Source: Gordonia sp. (in: high G+C Gram-positive bacteria)
GTDB taxonomy: Bacteria; Actinomycetota; Actinomycetes; Mycobacteriales; Mycobacteriaceae
Length of the DNA stretch: 64,000 nucleotides
NCBI GenBank assembly: GCA_047605305.1
Contig: JASGFW010000003.1
Coordinates: 896-64,895, forward strand
Reading direction: 5' to 3'
The translations under genes and the position numbers were made by a program. Below are positions 48,775 through 58,891 of the stretch, piece after piece (positions within the stretch are counted from its first letter, which is position 1; each line of letters opens with the position of its first letter). The notes beneath the pieces are model-generated. The model saw only the letters and a list, made by a program, of their open reading frames with translations. It had not been told where the DNA came from and ran no database searches.

Positions 48775-49179
48775 ATGAGTGATACAGCAACCAAGACCGT
48801 TCGTAAGCCGCTCGGCAAGGACGTCTCGACTCGTCGTCGCACCGCGACCACGAATCGTCATTTCCGTCTTCGTAAGAAGGTCTCCGGCACGCCCGAGCGT
48901 CCGCGTCTGGCCGTCAAGCGCAGCAGCCGTCACATCCACGTGCAGTTGATCGACGATTTGGCCGGCACCACGCTGGCCGCGGCATCGTCAATCGAGGCCG
49001 ACGTGCGTGCCGCCGGTGGCGACAAGTCGGCTCAGGCCCGTAAGGTCGGCGAACTCATCGCCGCTCGGGCCAAGGCAGCCGGCGTTAACGCCGTTGTGTT
49101 CGACCGTGGTGGCAAGGACTACCACGGCCGGATTGCGGCGCTCGCCGACGCCGCCCGTGAGGGAGGCCTGCAGTTCTGA
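48775..49179 (+). CDS. rplR: 50S ribosomal protein L18
   Basis: [34 protein letters not shown]... matches L18. Confidence 0.97.
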   Translation: MSDTATKTVRKPLGKDVSTRRRTATTNRHFRLRKKVSGTPERPRLAVKRSSRHIHVQLIDDLAGTTLAAASSIEADVRAAGGDKSAQARKVGELIAARAKAAGVNAVVFDRGGKDYHGRIAALADAAREGGLQF

Positions 49180-49222
49180 TGACCATTCGAATCTTCACCA
49201 ATATGACCGGAGGGAACCTCTG

Positions 49223-49870
49223 ATGCCCGGACGTCAGCGTGACGGCGGAAACGGACCCGCCGGTAACGACAACAACAACTCGAATGCGGGCGGCAACGAC
49301 CGCCGCGGTGGCCGCGGCCGTCGCGACGATCGCGGTAATGGCCGTGAGCGTGAGGACCGCAACCAGCTTGAGCGGGTTGTGACCATCAACCGCGTGTCGA
49401 AGGTGGTCAAGGGTGGCCGACGCTTCTCCTTCACCGCTCTCGTCGTCGTCGGCGACGGCCAGGGTCTGGTCGGTGTCGGCTATGGCAAGGCCAAGGAAGT
49501 TCCCGCTGCGATTCAGAAGGGTGTCGAAGAGGCTCGTAAGAACTTCTTCCGCGTTCCGCTGATCGCCGGCACCGTTACCCACCCGGTACAGGGTGAGGCC
49601 GCTGCCGGTGTGGTGCTGTTGCGGCCCGCAAGCCCCGGTACCGGTGTCATCGCCGGTGGCGCGGTGCGTGCGGTGCTCGAATGTGCGGGCGTGCACGACG
49701 TGCTCGCCAAGAGCCTCGGCAGTGACAATGCGATCAACGTTGTCCATGCGACCGTGGCCGCACTCAAGCTCCTGCAGCGACCTGAAGAGGTTGCGGCCCG
49801 TCGTGGTCTGCCGATCGAAGACGTGGCGCCGGCCGGTATGCTCCGCGCCCGCGCCGGACAGGGAGTGTAG
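49223..49870 (+). CDS. rpsE: 30S ribosomal protein S5
   Basis: ATG at 49223. A Gly/Asn/Arg/Asp-rich N-terminal extension precedes the canonical [16 protein letters not shown] core. The upstream part of the track ORF overlaps rplR out of frame. Confidence 0.95.
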   Translation: MPGRQRDGGNGPAGNDNNNSNAGGNDRRGGRGRRDDRGNGREREDRNQLERVVTINRVSKVVKGGRRFSFTALVVVGDGQGLVGVGYGKAKEVPAAIQKGVEEARKNFFRVPLIAGTVTHPVQGEAAAGVVLLRPASPGTGVIAGGAVRAVLECAGVHDVLAKSLGSDNAINVVHATVAALKLLQRPEEVAARRGLPIEDVAPAGMLRARAGQGV

Positions 49871-49875
49871 GCATC

Positions 49876-50055
49876 ATGGCGCAGCTGAAGATCACCCAGG
49901 TCAAGGGCACCGTCGGTGCCAAGAGCAACCAGCGTGACAGCCTGCGGACCCTCGGACTCAAGGGTATCCGTCAGACAGTCACCCGCGAGGACACCCCGAT
50001 CAACCGCGGTCTGATCAACGTTGTTCGGCACCTCGTGACAGTCGAAGAGGTTTAA
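49876..50055 (+). CDS. rpmD: 50S ribosomal protein L30
   Basis: This 59 aa ORF is below the track cutoff and was read directly from the DNA: [59 protein letters not shown]. Confidence 0.93.
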   Translation: MAQLKITQVKGTVGAKSNQRDSLRTLGLKGIRQTVTREDTPINRGLINVVRHLVTVEEV

Positions 50056-50060
50056 GAGCA

Positions 50061-50501
50061 ATGACCATCAAACTGCATCACCTTCGCCCTGCTCCGGGTG
50101 CGAAGACCGATAAGACCCGCGTGGGTCGCGGTGAGGGGTCCAAGGGCAAGACCGCCGGTCGCGGCACCAAGGGCACCAAGGCACGCAAGAACGTGCCCGC
50201 CGCATTCGAGGGCGGCCAGATGCCGATCCACATGCGGTTGCCGAAGCTCAAGGGCTTCACCAACCCGAATCGGGTCGAGTACCAGGTTGTCAACGTCAGC
50301 GATATCGCCAAGCTGTTCCCGCAGGGCGGCACCATCGGCGTCGATGAACTCGTCGCAGCCGGTGCGGTACGCAAGAACAGGCTGGTTAAGGTTCTCGGCG
50401 ATGGCGAGCTTTCAGTCGCCGTCAACGTGACCGCCAATAAGTTCACCGCAGCGGCCAAGGAGAAAATCTCCGCGGCCGGCGGCAGCACCACCGAACTCTA
50501 A
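50061..50501 (+). CDS. rplO: 50S ribosomal protein L15
   Basis: [38 protein letters not shown]... matches L15. Confidence 0.98.
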   Translation: MTIKLHHLRPAPGAKTDKTRVGRGEGSKGKTAGRGTKGTKARKNVPAAFEGGQMPIHMRLPKLKGFTNPNRVEYQVVNVSDIAKLFPQGGTIGVDELVAAGAVRKNRLVKVLGDGELSVAVNVTANKFTAAAKEKISAAGGSTTEL

Positions 50502-50513
50502 GCGCATTCCCCC

Positions 50514-50551
50514 CCGCGGCGGGCGGCAGCCATAACTGTCGCCCGCCGCGG
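50514..50551 (+). terminator. GC-rich hairpin after rplO (12 bp stem CCGCGGCGGGCG / CGCCCGCCGCGG, 14 nt loop), terminator-like
   Basis: A perfect 12-bp inverted repeat was read directly. A second small hairpin, GGCCCG-tctgattat-CGGGCC, follows it. Confidence 0.45.
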
Positions 50552-50583
50552 TGGTGGTGGCCCGTCTGATTATCGGGCCACGG

Positions 50584-50610
50584 TAGAGTCGTAGAGTCAA
50601 TGGCGTTGCC
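50584..50610 (+). promoter_or_regulatory. Candidate secY promoter: duplicated TAGAGT -10-like hexamer followed by GCGTTGCC
   Basis: GGTAGAGTCGTAGAGTCaatgGCGTTGCC. TAGAGT occurs at 50584-50589 and 50592-50597 as a tandem 8-nt duplication. The GTTGCC at 50605-50610 echoes the GGTTGCCT block of P1-P3, with a spacing one nt longer. Confidence 0.35.
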
Positions 50611-50718
50611 ACAGAGCTTCGCAAGACCCACCGATTAACGTCGATAGCCGAGCACGCCTCGCCTATCCGGGAGTTATCCACTGCCGGAGCCGCGCGTGGT
50701 CGTTCATAGGAGGATTTA

Positions 50719-52038
50719 GTGCTTTCCCCCCTCGTCGCGGCCTTCAGGACGCCCGATCTGAGGAAGAAAATCCTCTTCGTGATCGGTATCGTCGTGCTGT
50801 ATCGCCTGGGTGCGACGGTTCCGTCGCCCGGCGTCGATTACAAGGTCGTGCATGAGTGCATCGACCGCATCAACAGCGGCAACAGCAGTCAGGTGTATTC
50901 GCTGATCAACCTGTTCTCCGGCGGCGCGTTGCTGCAGCTGTCGGTGTTCGCGATCGGCATCATGCCCTACATCACCTCAAGCATCATCGTGCAGCTGCTC
51001 ACCGTGGTCATCCCGCGGTTCGAGCAGTTGCGCAAAGAAGGCCAGTCCGGCCAGGCGAAGATGACGCAGTACACCCGTTACCTGACGGTCGCGCTGGCAC
51101 TGCTGCAGTCCACCGGCATCGTCGCGTTGGCCGACCGCGGCACCCTGCTTCCGCAGGAGTGCGGTCAGGTCCTCACCGACCAATCCATCTTTGGTCTTTC
51201 GATCATCGTGCTGGTCATGACCGCGGGTGCCTGCCTGGTCATGTGGTTTGGCGAGTTGATCACCGAGCGTGGCATCGGCAACGGCATGTCGTTGCTGATC
51301 TTCGCCGGCATCGCCGCCCGGATCCCGGCCGAGGGCCGCTCGATCCTCACCAGCCGCGGCGGTCTCGTGTTCGCCCTGGTATGTGTCGCCGCGTTCATCA
51401 TCGTCGCCGGCGTGGTGTTCATCGAACAGGGCCAGCGTCGAATTCCGGTGCAGTACGCCAAGCGTATGGTCGGCCGCAAGATGTACGGCGGGTCGTCGAC
51501 GTATCTGCCGTTGAAGGTCAATCAGGCTGGCGTGATTCCGGTGATCTTCGCATCGTCGCTGCTGTATCTGCCGCAGCTCGTTGTGCAGCTCACCAAGTCC
51601 TCCGACGGAACCCAGTCGGGCTGGCAGACGTGGATCATGACCTACCTTGCGGACCCGAGCAATTGGGTCTACATCGCCGTGTACTTCCTGATGATCATCT
51701 TCTTCGCCTACTTCTACGTCGCGGTGACCTTCAACCCGGAGGAACGCGCCGATGATATGAAGAAGTACGGCGGTTTCATCCCGGGTATCCGTCCTGGCCA
51801 ACCGACGGCTGACTATCTCGGACATGTGTTGAGCCGCATCACCCTGCCTGGTTCGATCTACCTCGGTATCATCGCGGTACTGCCTAACCTGTTCCTTGAG
51901 ATCGGTAACAGTGGTGGCGTGCAGAACCTGCCATTTGGGGGCACGGCCGTGTTGATCATGGTCGGCGTGGGACTGGACACGATGAAGCAGGTCAATAGTC
52001 AACTGATGCAACGCAAGTACGAAGGATTCCTCAAGTGA
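50719..52038 (+). CDS. secY: Preprotein translocase subunit SecY
   Basis: GTG start, 439 aa, 10 TM helices. [14 protein letters not shown]... is a canonical SecY N-terminus. Confidence 0.97.
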   Translation: MLSPLVAAFRTPDLRKKILFVIGIVVLYRLGATVPSPGVDYKVVHECIDRINSGNSSQVYSLINLFSGGALLQLSVFAIGIMPYITSSIIVQLLTVVIPRFEQLRKEGQSGQAKMTQYTRYLTVALALLQSTGIVALADRGTLLPQECGQVLTDQSIFGLSIIVLVMTAGACLVMWFGELITERGIGNGMSLLIFAGIAARIPAEGRSILTSRGGLVFALVCVAAFIIVAGVVFIEQGQRRIPVQYAKRMVGRKMYGGSSTYLPLKVNQAGVIPVIFASSLLYLPQLVVQLTKSSDGTQSGWQTWIMTYLADPSNWVYIAVYFLMIIFFAYFYVAVTFNPEERADDMKKYGGFIPGIRPGQPTADYLGHVLSRITLPGSIYLGIIAVLPNLFLEIGNSGGVQNLPFGGTAVLIMVGVGLDTMKQVNSQLMQRKYEGFLK

Positions 52039-52589
52039 GACTCGTTCTTCTCGGCCCCCCCGGTGCAGGAAAAGGTACTCAGGCGGAATTACTGTCAGAA
52101 GCCCTCGGCGCCCCGCACATCTCCACCGGAGATCTCTTCCGCGCGAATATTTCGCAGGGCACCGCTATCGGCATCGAGGCCAAGCGTTATCTCGACGCCG
52201 GTGATTTGGTTCCGCCGGAGATCACCGTCGATATGGTCCGTGCGCGCGTCGGTGAGCCCGATGCAGCCAAAGGTTTCATACTCGACGGATTTCCGCGTTC
52301 GACGGAACAGGCGGACGCGTTGAAGGAAATTCTCGCCGATCTGGACACCTCGTTGGACGCCGTCTTATCTTTCGTCGTCGATACCGATGTAGTGGTGGAG
52401 CGGATGCTGGCACGCGGCCGTGCCGACGACACCGAAGAAGTGATCCGGAACCGGCTGGACGTGTACAACACTGAAACCGCACCGCTGTTGGATTACTACG
52501 GTGATCAAGTGAAAACCGTTGATGCCATCGGTGATATCGCAGATGTGCATCAGCGCGTGCTGAGTGCGCTCGGTGCCGGGGTCTCCTGA
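52035..52589 (+). CDS. adk: Adenylate kinase
   Basis: [17 protein letters not shown]... contains the P-loop. GTGA overlap with secY. Confidence 0.97.
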   Translation: MRLVLLGPPGAGKGTQAELLSEALGAPHISTGDLFRANISQGTAIGIEAKRYLDAGDLVPPEITVDMVRARVGEPDAAKGFILDGFPRSTEQADALKEILADLDTSLDAVLSFVVDTDVVVERMLARGRADDTEEVIRNRLDVYNTETAPLLDYYGDQVKTVDAIGDIADVHQRVLSALGAGVS

Positions 52590-52644
52590 GTACCAATCCT
52601 TTCCAGAACACCAACGCCATGACACCAATGAGGATCGGATAGCG

Positions 52645-53436
52645 ATGCGATTCCGACGGCCCAAGCGGGTCCCCTTCCGGTCAGCGGGAGAACTTGACGC
52701 TATGGCCGCAGCCGGCTCGATTGTCGGCGCGGCGCTTGTTGCGGTACGCGAGGCGGCTGTTGCGGGCGTCAGCACTCTCGAACTCGATGACATCGCTGAA
52801 ACGGTTATCCGTCAATCGGGTGGCATACCGTCGTTCAAGGGCTATCACGGTTTTCCCGGCTCGATCTGCAGCTCGGTGAACGACGTCGTGGTGCACGGAA
52901 TCCCGTCGGCCGACGTCGTGTTGGCGCAGGGTGATCTGGTGTCGATCGACTGCGGTGCCATTCTCGACGGGTGGCACGGCGATTCGGCGTGGACGTTCGG
53001 TGTCGGCGAACTGAGCCAGGATGATGCCGATCTGTCAGAGGCGACGCGGCTGTCGATGGAGGCGGGGATCGCGGCGATGGTCGACGGAGCCCGGCTCACC
53101 GATATTTCCCATGCGATCGAAGTCGGCACCAAAAAAGCCGAAATCACCTTTGGGCGTCACTTTGGGATCGTCGAGGGCTACGGCGGACACGGCATTGGTC
53201 GTGAGATGCACCTTGAGCCGTTCCTTGCCAACGAGGGTGAACCAGGTCATGGCCCGGTGCTCGTGATCGGTTCCACCCTGGCTATTGAACCTATGCTGAC
53301 GCTCGGCACCACCAGCACGAATGTGCTCGCCGACGAGTGGACCGTCGTGACCGACGACGGGTCACGGTCGGCGCACTGGGAGCACACCGTCGCGGTGACA
53401 GCCGATGGTCCGCGGATTCTGACGACACGACCGTAA
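52645..53436 (+). CDS. map: Type I methionine aminopeptidase
   Basis: The start is set at ATG 52645. Metal-ligand context is present ([13 protein letters not shown] and EPM motifs). The track ORF begins 27 codons upstream. Confidence 0.93.
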   Translation: MRFRRPKRVPFRSAGELDAMAAAGSIVGAALVAVREAAVAGVSTLELDDIAETVIRQSGGIPSFKGYHGFPGSICSSVNDVVVHGIPSADVVLAQGDLVSIDCGAILDGWHGDSAWTFGVGELSQDDADLSEATRLSMEAGIAAMVDGARLTDISHAIEVGTKKAEITFGRHFGIVEGYGGHGIGREMHLEPFLANEGEPGHGPVLVIGSTLAIEPMLTLGTTSTNVLADEWTVVTDDGSRSAHWEHTVAVTADGPRILTTRP

Positions 53437-53550
53437 GCGGTGAGTTGTCGGGGGGCGCTGAGGATCTCTCGATGAACCCGCGGCTGCTGAAGATTCACCC
53501 CGCCGTCAGGTGTTGCCGCGCTTACGAATGGTCCGAACTATCATCGGGCA

Positions 53551-54288
53551 ATGGGTGACAAGCGCAGGAACGATCCCGAAGCTCTTGTTGAGGCGTTGAC
53601 CGATATCTGGTGTGAGAGCGCCGCACGTTCGGTGGCCATGCCATCAGAGCCGCAATTGGCCGCGGCAATGGGAGCCAGTCGTCCGGCCGTGCGGGAGGCG
53701 TTGACCCGGCTGGAGGAACGCGGCTACGTGCATCGATCGCAGGGCGCTCGGACGGTGATCAACCGGAGTCTGATCGATATCGGTACTCGGGTCGACCAAC
53801 AGCGTGACCATATGATCGCCATCGAACGGGCCGGCTATCAGGCCAGTGTCAGCGTCCTTGAGGCCGAAGTGACCGTAATAGACGCCCAGCGTTCCTTTCA
53901 TACGTTGGCGGTCGGCACACGGGTATTGCGTACCCGTAAGGTCTGGTGCGCAGACGGCGAGCCGTATGTCCTAGCGGAGGATTTGATTCCAATCAGCGAT
54001 GAGTCTTTGGTGTCGGTCGCCGATATCAATTGTGAACTATCAGTTTTCGATCTGGCCGAAGAGTTCAACGGTGTCTCAGTTGCCTGGGAGACGGTGTGGT
54101 TATCTGCGGTCGCGATTGATGATTCCGAACGGATCGCGCTGGGACGCAACGATGTGGTGCCAGCTCTACAGCTGATCTATATGGGCGAAGGGGCGGAGGG
54201 GGAGACGGCATACTGGTGTCGTGAAATTCAACTAGATCCACCGGTAGGTCTTCGGAATGCGTTGGTGCGCAGAGTTAGTCGCAGTTGA
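53551..54288 (+). CDS. GntR-family transcriptional regulator (HutC/UTRA-type effector domain)
   Basis: 245 aa ORF with a winged HTH (SEPQLAAAMGASRPAVREALTRLEERGYVHRSQGARTVI). The C-terminal domain has a UTRA-like length and pattern. Confidence 0.7.
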   Translation: MGDKRRNDPEALVEALTDIWCESAARSVAMPSEPQLAAAMGASRPAVREALTRLEERGYVHRSQGARTVINRSLIDIGTRVDQQRDHMIAIERAGYQASVSVLEAEVTVIDAQRSFHTLAVGTRVLRTRKVWCADGEPYVLAEDLIPISDESLVSVADINCELSVFDLAEEFNGVSVAWETVWLSAVAIDDSERIALGRNDVVPALQLIYMGEGAEGETAYWCREIQLDPPVGLRNALVRRVSRS

Positions 54289-54430
54289 CCCGGAAATTTC
54301 GATTTCCGCACGTTAGCGCGGTGTAACGGCGCCGTTAATGCTTGCCGGAGAAGTATCGATACTTGTCTGACAAGCGTAGCGTTCCACTCGTTGCGGCTCG
54401 CTGGATGGGTCGACGGATCGAGGGGGTGAG

Positions 54431-54946
54431 ATGGCGCAAGTAGTAGTGGAACACCGATTGATTGCAGAGCCTTTGGCGGACAATCAATTTGAAGAGTTCG
54501 GTGTGGTGTTGCGGGCGCAGGAGGATGGAACTCCGTGCACCGATGAGGAGCGGGCGCTGGATCTGGATGAAGGTGTTCCACGGCTTTACATCATGCGGTT
54601 ACACGACAAACCGGCGGTTTTTACGCGTATCACCAGGCATCTACACACGACCCAGTCGCTGATGTCCGTCGGCGGCGTGAACGCCCTGTGGTATCTGGCG
54701 GTGGCCCCACCGGGGGATACTGATCCGGCGTCGGTGCCCCGGGTTGAGGAGATTCGGGTCTTCGCCATTCCCGGCGATGTGATGGTCACCCTGAAGAAGG
54801 GTACCTGGCATTCTGGTCCCTACTTCGGCACCAGCACAATGGAGTTCGTTAATCTTGAACTCACCGACACCAATATCAGCGACCATCACACCTATCATCT
54901 GGATGAAGCGCTCGGCCTGCGGGTAATTATTGAGGACCCGTCGTGA
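54431..54946 (+). CDS. Ureidoglycolate lyase/hydrolase-family (AllA-like) protein
   Basis: 171 aa ORF. The N-terminal LIAEPLADNQFEEFGVVL matches the family pattern (L.aePLt...F.pfG.vi), and the size fits. Confidence 0.55.
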   Translation: MAQVVVEHRLIAEPLADNQFEEFGVVLRAQEDGTPCTDEERALDLDEGVPRLYIMRLHDKPAVFTRITRHLHTTQSLMSVGGVNALWYLAVAPPGDTDPASVPRVEEIRVFAIPGDVMVTLKKGTWHSGPYFGTSTMEFVNLELTDTNISDHHTYHLDEALGLRVIIEDPS

Positions 54947-56430
54947 CCGGGCAGCCAGTGCGGTTACCCGATGCCGCAGCTCGTCTGGCGGATCTCGAAA
55001 CGCAGGTGCGGTACCAGATCCGGGATACCCGGTACGAGACGCCGCCCTGGCAGCGGCGCGACCCCTCCGGCGTGTACCCCGTGGTCATCGTCGGAGCCGG
55101 TCAGGCGGGGCTCGCTGCCGCATTCGGGCTTCGGCGTAAAGGAATTGAGGATGTAATCGTCCTCGAGTCGGCCGCCGAAGGCAAGGCGGGCCCGTGGCCT
55201 ACCTATGCGCGTATGCGCACGCTGCGCACTTCGAAGCACAGTCGATGGCCAGCCTGGGACGTTCCGGCCGCGACACCGAGACTGTGGTTTTGCGCAGTTT
55301 ATGGCGAGATGGCATGGGATGATATCGAATTCTTCCCGACGGACGATTGGTTCGCATTTCTTGAGTGGTATCGGCGGATCATCGATATCGACGTTCGGTT
55401 CGGCAAGAGTGTTTGCTCGATGACCGCAGCCACCGGCGGACGAGGGGTGGAGCTGACCACCACCGATGCCGCCGGTGTCACGGAGACCATTGTGGCCCGC
55501 CGCGTAATACTTGCGACGGGAATCGAAGGTGCCGGCGGCCCGCGGGTACCGGACATGATCGCGCAATTACCGAGCGATCTGTGGAATCACACCCACGATG
55601 ACATCGACTTCGCTGCCCTGCGAGGCAAGCGAATCGGTGTGCTCGGCGCGGGGACAAGTGCATTCGATAACGCCGCGCTGGCGCTGGAGAGCGGTGCGCG
55701 CACTGTGACGGTGCACATGCGTCGGGATCGGATGCCGATGGTCAGCCCGTATCGGTGGATGGAGTTCCCGCCGATCATCGAGCAATATGCGGCCCTCTCC
55801 GATGATCAGAAATGGGAATTCAATCAACATCTGACCTTTGTTGATCAGCCAGCGACGCAGCAGGCTATCTGGCGGGCATACGCCCATCCAGGATTCTCGG
55901 TGCGCTATGAATCACCGTGGGAAGCAGTTGGTCTCGACGGAGATCAAATTGTCGTCACCACGAAATCCGGTACGCATATCTACGACTTCGTGATCGCTGC
56001 CACGGGAGTGGCCGTCGATCTGGCCCGTCGCCGCGAGTTTGCCGCGTTCGTTGACGACATCATGCTGTGGGCCGATCGCGATGCGCCCGTGCGCGATCCT
56101 CGGTACGCGGAGCTGTTGGAGTATCCGTACCTCGGCAACGGATATGCGCTGAAATCCAAATCCGGCGCGAACGATGACCTCTGCGGGCGGGTGTACATGT
56201 TCAACCACGGCGCCCGGATGAGTGCTGGGGTGCTGTGCCACCAGGTCTCGGGTCTGGTCGGCGGGCTACCCCGGCTGGTGGACGACGTGGTAGCGGATAT
56301 CGTGTCCGAGTTCGGCTCCGCTCTCATCGAGGAGTTTCTCCGCTACGACGAGTCCGCCGGAGTTGTCGATGGTCCACGAATCACTCAGCAGCACAACATA
56401 ATCAAGTCAGAGTATCTGTCAGGAATCTGA
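54943..56430 (+). CDS. FAD/NAD(P)-binding oxidoreductase (flavin monooxygenase-like, two dinucleotide folds)
   Basis: 495 aa ORF with VVIVGAGQAGLAAA (FAD) and IGVLGAGTSAFDNA (NAD(P)H) motifs. ATGA-type overlap with the upstream gene. Confidence 0.7.
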   Translation: MTGQPVRLPDAAARLADLETQVRYQIRDTRYETPPWQRRDPSGVYPVVIVGAGQAGLAAAFGLRRKGIEDVIVLESAAEGKAGPWPTYARMRTLRTSKHSRWPAWDVPAATPRLWFCAVYGEMAWDDIEFFPTDDWFAFLEWYRRIIDIDVRFGKSVCSMTAATGGRGVELTTTDAAGVTETIVARRVILATGIEGAGGPRVPDMIAQLPSDLWNHTHDDIDFAALRGKRIGVLGAGTSAFDNAALALESGARTVTVHMRRDRMPMVSPYRWMEFPPIIEQYAALSDDQKWEFNQHLTFVDQPATQQAIWRAYAHPGFSVRYESPWEAVGLDGDQIVVTTKSGTHIYDFVIAATGVAVDLARRREFAAFVDDIMLWADRDAPVRDPRYAELLEYPYLGNGYALKSKSGANDDLCGRVYMFNHGARMSAGVLCHQVSGLVGGLPRLVDDVVADIVSEFGSALIEEFLRYDESAGVVDGPRITQQHNIIKSEYLSGI

Positions 56431-56568
56431 CGATCCGAACCGATCGATTCCGCCGTGGCGCGGCACAGACGCCCGCCCGTCGGCATCATTGGGCGCGCAC
56501 GTGCAACGACGCGTGGTGGGCGCCTATGTGTAATCACCGTCTGCCACACCATCGTTTGGAGAACAACC

Positions 56569-57933
56569 ATGTCCCTCAAGAAGGCATTCTCGTGGAAACT
56601 TCACGGCACCGGAAGCATTGAACCCGGTGGTGTCGTGGCACCCGATGAGCGATTGTCGTTTCCGCTCACGCTGGGGATGGGGATGCAGCATGTCGTCGCG
56701 ATGTTCGGCGGTGTATTCATCGTCCCGGTACTCATGGGCTTCCCCTCCTCGACGGCGTTGCTGTTCTCCGGCCTAGGCACCATGGTGTTCCTGCTCATCA
56801 CCGCTAACCGGGTACCGAGTTATCTGGGGAGCAGTTTTGCGTTCCTCGCTCCCGTTGCGGCCGTCGCGCCATTGCCGAAAGATCACGCGACGCTCGATGC
56901 CCACTCCCTTGCGGTCGCACTGGGCGGCGTCATGATTACCGGACTGGCGCTGGCGCTGGTCGGGCTGATTGTCCATTTTGTCGGCGCGAGGTGGATTCGG
57001 CAGGTGATGCCGCCGGTGGTCACCGGAACGATCGTCGCGATCATCGGCTTCAATCTGGCGTCCGTCGCCAAAACGGATTTCGCGGCTGGTCCGTGGCAGG
57101 GCGTCGTTACGCTGGCTTCCATTCTGGTGATCACGGTCGCATTCCGCGGCGCCATCGGTCGGCTCGCCATCGTGCTGGGTGTAGTAGTCGGATACTGTTT
57201 CGCGCTGGTCGGCGGCGGGGTTAACTTCGCTCCCGTTGCGCACGCGGCATGGGTGGGTCTGCCGACATTCCACTCTCCGGTGCTGACAACCCAGGTGTGG
57301 GGACTGTTTCTGCCGGTAGTTCTCGTCCTTGTCGCCGAGAACGTCGGCCATGTCAAAACCGTCGCCGCGATGACCGGTAGCAGCCTCGATAAGTACATGG
57401 GCCGGGCGCTGTGCGCGGACGGGCTGTCTACCGCGATCGCGGGAGTCGGCGGTGGCACGGCAACCACGACGTACGCGGAGAACATCGGGGTGATGGCATC
57501 GAGTCGGATCTACAGCACCGCCGCCTACTGGGTTGCCGCGGTGTTCGCGATCGTGTTGGCCATGTGCCCCAAGTTCGGCGCGCTGGCCGCCTCGATCCCC
57601 ACCGGTGTCCTCGGCGGCGCCGGGGTGGTCCTCTACGGCATGATAGGTGTTCTTGGAGCACGGATCTGGGTGCAGAACCGAATTGACTTCGCCTCTCCCA
57701 CCAACCTGCTCACCGCTGCGGTCGGACTGATCCTGGGCATCGGAGGATTCACCGTCACCGCCGGTGACTTCTCACTCGGTGCCATCGGGGTGGGTTCCTT
57801 CGGCACGATTGTCATCTACCACGTGATGCGGTCACTCGCTCGGTGGCGCAACAGCGACGACCGCATCGACGCTGAAGCCGCGCGCGGTGACGCCGGCGAG
57901 GTCGATCTCGCCCCCTTTGAGACCGTCGGCTGA
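56569..57933 (+). CDS. NCS2-family uracil/xanthine (nucleobase) permease
   Basis: The start is set at ATG 56569 (MSLKKAFSWKL...). The protein is polytopic, with NCS2-type motifs (GMQHVVAMFGG, LVAENVGH, TTTYAENIGV). Confidence 0.85.
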   Translation: MSLKKAFSWKLHGTGSIEPGGVVAPDERLSFPLTLGMGMQHVVAMFGGVFIVPVLMGFPSSTALLFSGLGTMVFLLITANRVPSYLGSSFAFLAPVAAVAPLPKDHATLDAHSLAVALGGVMITGLALALVGLIVHFVGARWIRQVMPPVVTGTIVAIIGFNLASVAKTDFAAGPWQGVVTLASILVITVAFRGAIGRLAIVLGVVVGYCFALVGGGVNFAPVAHAAWVGLPTFHSPVLTTQVWGLFLPVVLVLVAENVGHVKTVAAMTGSSLDKYMGRALCADGLSTAIAGVGGGTATTTYAENIGVMASSRIYSTAAYWVAAVFAIVLAMCPKFGALAASIPTGVLGGAGVVLYGMIGVLGARIWVQNRIDFASPTNLLTAAVGLILGIGGFTVTAGDFSLGAIGVGSFGTIVIYHVMRSLARWRNSDDRIDAEAARGDAGEVDLAPFETVG

Positions 57934-57937
57934 CACG

Positions 57938-58891
57938 ATGACCGTAGAACACAGCGCGCTGGTGACCGACCCGCGATTGAGCGATCCGCAGGCGGCGCGT
58001 CACGTCGCTGATCTGCTTGCCGCTCGTAACGGCTGGCCGACGCCTCCACAGATCGGCGTCGAGGCAACGCGGCGTCGAACCGCCCGAGAACGTACACCCG
58101 ACGACGTCGAGGTGGTCACCGACGATGTGCTGGTTCCGGGCGGCGACGGCCCGCGATCGGCTCGATGGTACCTGCCCACCCGTGGTGTGATCACCACGTC
58201 TGTGCTTTTTCTGCACGGAGGTGGTTGGGCGCTGGGCGATTTGGAGATGAACGATGCGATGGCCCGCGAACTCGCGCGCCTGTCCAGGTGTGCGATCCTC
58301 AGCCTCGACTATCGGCTGGCGCCGGAATATCCTTATCCGGCGGCATTGCAGGACACGCTGTGCGCACTGCGATGGCTGGCGACTGAATCGGTCGAGCACG
58401 CCGGCCGGAGCCGGTTGGTCATCGCCGGTCATAGCGCCGGCGGCAACCTGGCTGCCGTCGCTGCGCAGCTCACTCGGGACGGGCAGGTGCCGCCGCTGGA
58501 TGCGCAGGTACTACTCTGCCCGGTGCTCGACTGCGACGTCGACCGTGACTCCTACTATCGCTACGGCGAGGATCTGCTGCTCACCAGGGACGAGATGATC
58601 TGGTACTGGGACATGTATCACCCGGACCATGATGGACGGGATCGGCCCGAGCTGAGCCCGATACGCACCTCGTCGGCCGCCGGATTGCCACCGACGACGA
58701 TCGTGGTGGCGGGTGCCGATCCACTGCGAGACGAATCATTCGACTACGCAAACCTTTTGGTCTCGGCCGGGGTGCCCACCGATGTTCATTGCGCCGAAGG
58801 CGTGCCGCACTTGTTTCTGACGTTCCCGTCGATGCCGGTGCGCGATCATGCGTTGGCGGTAGCGGCACGCGGTTTAGCCGGTGCGCGATGA
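57938..58891 (+). CDS. Alpha/beta hydrolase, hormone-sensitive-lipase-like esterase family
   Basis: HGGG oxyanion motif (LFLHGGGWALGD) and nucleophile elbow GHSAGGNLAA. The start is set at ATG 57938. Confidence 0.82.
   Translation: MTVEHSALVTDPRLSDPQAARHVADLLAARNGWPTPPQIGVEATRRRTARERTPDDVEVVTDDVLVPGGDGPRSARWYLPTRGVITTSVLFLHGGGWALGDLEMNDAMARELARLSRCAILSLDYRLAPEYPYPAALQDTLCALRWLATESVEHAGRSRLVIAGHSAGGNLAAVAAQLTRDGQVPPLDAQVLLCPVLDCDVDRDSYYRYGEDLLLTRDEMIWYWDMYHPDHDGRDRPELSPIRTSSAAGLPPTTIVVAGADPLRDESFDYANLLVSAGVPTDVHCAEGVPHLFLTFPSMPVRDHALAVAARGLAGAR

Noticed and set aside
49223-49360. Low-complexity Gly/Asn/Arg/Asp-rich N-terminal extension of S5, and similar tails on S3, L4 and L22, considered as something unusual.
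   Set aside because: Charged low-complexity extensions on these ribosomal proteins are a common actinobacterial feature (M. tuberculosis S5 has a comparable one), so this is not novel.
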